Source: Macrostomum lignano
Lineage: Eukaryota
Length of the DNA stretch: 64,000 nucleotides
Direction of reading: 5' to 3'
Assembly (NCBI GenBank): GCA_002269645.1
Contig: NIVC01002054.1
Span: forward strand, 62,001-126,000
Position 1 is the stretch's first letter. Each line of letters opens with the position of its first letter. The position numbers were made by a program, and so were the translations under genes. The notes beneath the pieces were generated by a model. It saw only the letters and a program-made list of their open reading frames with translations, did not search any database and was not told where the DNA came from. Of the stretch, positions 60,501 to 64,000 are shown piece after piece.

Positions 60501-63500
60501 AAGTCGACCGCCGTCGGCTGACAGAGCGAAGATTTCGCGAACGCTGCCAGGGTGCCGGGCCGATCGGATTCGTTCCAGCAGCTCCTGGGTTGCGGGATTT
60601 CATGGCTTAAGGGTTAATTGTACTGACAGCCGACACTAAACTGACAGCTGACACTAAAATGACAGCTGACACTAAACTGACAGCTGACACTAAAATGACA
60701 GCTGACACTAAAATGACAGCTGACACTAAAATGACAGCTGACACTATACTGACAGCTGACACTATACTGACAGCTGACACTATACTGACAGCTGACACTA
60801 AACTGACAGCTGACACTAAACTGACAGCTGACACTATACTGACAGCTGACACTATACTGACAGCTGACACTATACTGACAGCTGACACTAAAATGACAGC
60901 TGACACTATACTGACAGCTGACACTATACTGGTAGTTCTGACACTACTGCCAGTTCTGACACTATACTGACAGTTCTGACACCATTGCCAGTTCTGACAC
61001 TATACTGACAGTTCTGACACCACTGACAGCTGACACTAAACTGACCGCTGACACTAAACTGACAGCTGACACTAAACTGACAGCTGACACTATACTGGTA
61101 GTTCTGACACTACTGCCAGTTCTGACACTATACTGACAGTTCTGACACCACTGCCAGTTCTGACACTATACTGACAGTCGCGAGTCAGTTAAATAACAGT
61201 AAGCACGCATCACAAAAGATCATCAGTAGACTACTACTCACCGATATCTCATCCTCGCCAGCGTCGAAACCAATTTTCATAGCTTCAAAAGTGCCAGATT
61301 TAAACAGCACCTGCTGCCTTACCGAGTGACGATTTTGTACGGACGCCAGCAGGGCTGGATCGCGCTCGGATTTGCTCAACTCTTTGGCTTTGTGCAACGC
61401 AGCAATAGGGAAACAGCGAACTATTGTCTTCTCAGACTGGAGCACGTTAGATGGCACGCCTTTGAATATTAGCCTGAAATTGAGAATTTTTAATGTCACA
61501 CACTTTTCTATATTTCTATTATAGTATAATTACTATAAAGGCTTGGGGAGAATTGCTGAGATGTCAACGCTTACGGGGGAATTGCTGAGACGTCAAGGCT
61601 TACGGGGGAATTGCTAAGATGTCAATGCAAATAGGATTCACATCCTATTTGCCTTCACTCGTAAGTTTCGTCCCTTGTTTATTGACCACCCCGAAGGGGG
61701 GACTAGATGGCTAGTCCTATATACTAAAATTTCTGCTATAAATAGAATAGTTAGAAGAGGTTTATTAGAACTAATTTCTACTATAAGTAGAGCCGTTAGA
61801 ATAGGTTTATTATAATCAATCTTATGCGCGAACCGATAATTCGTAGCCAAGAAGAGTCCCTCGGCTGGTAGCCAGCCAATGTCGGGCGTGAATTCCGCGG
61901 CCGTTGCCGGTGCACCAGCGACAACCACTGCGGCGGATACAGCTGTGGCCGCAGTCAGAGTCTGATGGTGAAGGTAATCGGCAGTTTCGCAGGATTCCAA
62001 TTCAAGTCGGACGGGATCCCGCCTACCATCGGGATAGAGATAGGCTCGCAGCTGCGGCATGAGCAGCCGCTCCCCTGGCAGCAGGGCCGGTCGGGTAATC
62101 CTGGCCTTCTGCGACTTCGGAATCTTGCAGTACTCTGCCCAGATGTTATCTAACGATTCCATGTGAACGCTGTGCAGAAACTCGTGCAAGGTTCGCTTGA
62201 GACTGTTAATCTGAGATTGGGACAGCCCGTTCTCTGAGCACACTCGATCTAAGAACCTATCGCGTATCCAAGCCTCCAGTTCGCGAGCAAATTGTTCGCT
62301 CAGTTTAGCAGCAGCCGCGTTTGCCTCGCGTTCTGCCTGAGATTGAGAGGCCTGATGATGCTGCTGGTGCTGGGACTCCTGAGACTCCGTCTGCGACGAA
62401 CCGCCGCCGGGTCCGCCACCGCTGAAATGATAAAAAAGGAAACTATGCACTTTTATAGGGACGCTTGATGGACTTGATACAAGATGTACGCTGAGGTCTG
62501 TAAGCTTGGGGGGATAAGGTGTCAAGAGCGAGAGTGTAACTTGTGGGGCCGAAAGTTGCAAGAGTGTACATTCAGGGAGAGAGGGCTTGGTCTGAAGTGC
62601 ACATTCAGGGAGAGAGATGCTTGGTCTGAAGTGCACATTGGGGGAGAGAGATGCTTGGTCTGGAGTGTACACTGAGGGGCAGAGATTCTTGGTCAAAAGT
62701 GTACATTGAGGGGCAGAGAAGCTTGGCCTGGGAGTGTACATTGAAAGATAGAGCAGCTTGGCCTGGAGTGTACATTAAGGAATAAAGCAGCTTGGCCTGG
62801 AGTGTACATTGAGGGATAGAAATTATTAGTCCCTCACCCCTGATTGGTGGAGGACAACTCGCTAACGCCGACATCGCGTCGATTGCCTCCGCCGCCGGCC
62901 CATCGCCGTTTAGCCGGCTCAAGCGGCATTCGCAAAGCGGCCAGAATAACAATAAAATGCTTGGCCGCACTCTCCACTGTTTCCTCTTCAATTTTTTTCA
63001 GTTCTTCTAATTCGGCGGTGGACAGTTGCTCGCTGTGCTGCATCACTTTGGCTACGATATCGAGAGCCGTAGCGCTTGGATCCACGGGTTCGTCCGGTTT
63101 CCATTCGGCCAGCCGGCCAACGTAATAGTCGCACAGTTGAGTCTGAACAAACCGCGAGAACGCCCAGTGCCAGAAGGCCTCCGATGACCAGGCTGTGCAG
63201 GCTTGGACTTCTTCCGTCATTGAGGCCTGGGTAATTGTAGTGAGTTGAGGTTCATCTAAAATAATTCCACTCGTGGACTGAACTTCCTGTAGCATCTGGA
63301 TATAGCTAGCATCCTGGATATTGAATTAACTCCTCTGATAATCTACAGACCTGTCAGTCATCCGCCTCTTTTTTATAAATTTTCGGAACTGCCAAAAATT
63401 TATCTAACTTGTCAGGCATCTTTCGATTAAAACTAACAGACACACAGATACTCAAATACTAAGATAGACAGACAGACAGACAGACAAAAAGACAGACATA

Positions 63501-63517
63501 CAGACAGACAGACAATA

Positions 63518-63558
<41 letters not shown>

Positions 63559-63593
63559 TACAGACAGACAGACAGACAGACAGACCGACAGGC

Positions 63594-63626
<33 letters not shown>

Positions 63627-63628
63627 GG

Positions 63629-63668
<40 letters not shown>

Positions 63669-63669
63669 A

Positions 63670-63715
<46 letters not shown>

Positions 63716-63727
63716 GGACAGACAGAC

Positions 63728-63822
<95 letters not shown>

Positions 63823-64000
63823 CTAAGACAGACAGACAGACAGAAACAGACAGACAGACAGACACTAAGACAGACAGACAGACACAGACAGACAGCCCAA
63901 CAAAGCAGGGCAGTACCTGCAGCTCCAAGGAGGCGGTGCTATTCTGACAGGGCAGCTGGCAGCGCAGCCGCTCCAGCAGCGGCAGGCACCGCAGGGCGCA
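47888..64000 (-). CDS. SBF: SBF1/SBF2 (MTMR5/MTMR13) myotubularin pseudophosphatase, 3' part (~1800 aa), 15 exons: >64000-63917, 63295-62838, 62421-61834, 61473-61242, 60584-60322, 59594-59380, 58091-57640, 57289-56752, 55911-55651, 54177-53929, 51800-51670, 51210-50804, 49947-49543, 49208-48113, 47920-47888
   Basis: SBF2 domain (FLDRVCSENG, LLPGERLL), GRAM (LPAEG..ATNYR|LIFKG), myotubularin domain (SYPAVLIVP, RFPVVVWR, FGHQF, FAPVFLLFLDSVHQ), inactive signature LALEDGWD in place of HCSDGWD, and a C-terminal PH domain (LLKQWAPRQFVLD..HQLRYWD...AFFEL). All junctions are phase-consistent; the DENN-encoding 5' part lies outside the window. Confidence 0.95.
49245..49505. repeat. ~28-bp minisatellite with ATTGG/CCAAT core
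   Basis: GGCGTGATTCTATTGGCTGTTAGGAGCT. Confidence 0.9.
50090..50710. repeat. 21-bp minisatellite with CCGGAAG core
   Basis: GCCATTCTAGCAACCGGAAGG. Confidence 0.9.
51950..53452. repeat. ~23-bp minisatellite AAATCTCACTGTCAATCTCACCC
   Basis: direct reading. Confidence 0.95.
54410..55390. repeat. ~20-bp GGCGCC-core minisatellite with alternating unit types and a higher-order duplication
   Basis: GGCGCCAATATGACTAATCT / GGCGCCCTATAGACTATATT. Confidence 0.9.
56175..56692. repeat. ~23-bp minisatellite GGACCAATTAGAGGACTAATAAA ending in GCGACC
   Basis: direct reading. Confidence 0.9.
57313..57590. repeat. (TCTG)n microsatellite filling an SBF intron
   Basis: direct reading. Confidence 0.95.
58130..59045. 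repeat. 23-bp GAATTC-core minisatellite with a ~350-bp higher-order duplication
   Basis: GGGAATTCAGAGCGATATTTAAG; the variant block near 58250 recurs near 58600. Confidence 0.9.
59755..60260. repeat. 47-49-bp minisatellite with ACCGGAAGT core
   Basis: AATTACCGGAAGTGAGGGATTACATGTAGAATCAACCAGCATTAACT. Confidence 0.95.
60620..61175. repeat. 18-bp minisatellite CTGACAGCTGACACTAAA
   Basis: direct reading. Confidence 0.95.
62530..62815. repeat. ~34-35-bp minisatellite
   Basis: GCTTGGTCTGAAGTGCACATTCAGGGAGAGAGAT variants. Confidence 0.85.
63435..63895. repeat. (GACA)n microsatellite
   Basis: direct reading. Confidence 0.95.

Noticed and set aside
1-64000. tRNA, rRNA, snRNA or SL RNA genes
   Set aside because: No recognisable cloverleaf or box A/B motifs or conserved RNA motifs seen by eye; tRNAscan-SE and Infernal would be needed to exclude them fully

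Overview
Eukaryotic (animal) nuclear DNA, not prokaryotic. GC-rich spliced exons are separated by AT-rich introns, most of which hold a different minisatellite. The style (poly-Q/A/G tracts, (TCTG)n, minisatellite-filled introns) resembles a free-living flatworm such as Macrostomum; this is inference, not verified. I assembled gene models by hand from GT-AG boundaries and checked exon phases. (1) Intronless secreted protein, 1285-2277 (+). (2) COA4/CHCHD8, 2750-2995 (-). (3) Atypical 3-exon Rab-like small GTPase, 3987-7611 (+). (4) 8-exon ABCG2-like half transporter with a long N-terminal extension, 11777-23517 (-). (5) Orphan minus-strand exons at about 24-36 kb, belonging either to an unknown gene or to an ABCG extension. 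(6) 2-exon ETX/MTX2 aerolysin-like protein, 40385-41708 (+). (7) 4-exon F-box protein, 42910-45986 (-). (8) The last 15 exons of an SBF1/SBF2 (MTMR5/13) pseudophosphatase, 47888 to beyond 64000 (-). No rRNA, tRNA or CRISPR array was seen. The most notable unexplained structures are: a 531-bp hAT-type element (13-bp TIRs, exact 8-bp TSD) carrying an intact spliceable coding exon; a sharply bounded 3.5-kb CpG desert; unrelated minisatellites sharing GCGACC termini or GGCGCC cores; a GC3 cliff inside one gene; and splice acceptors 20-41 nt upstream of three start codons.
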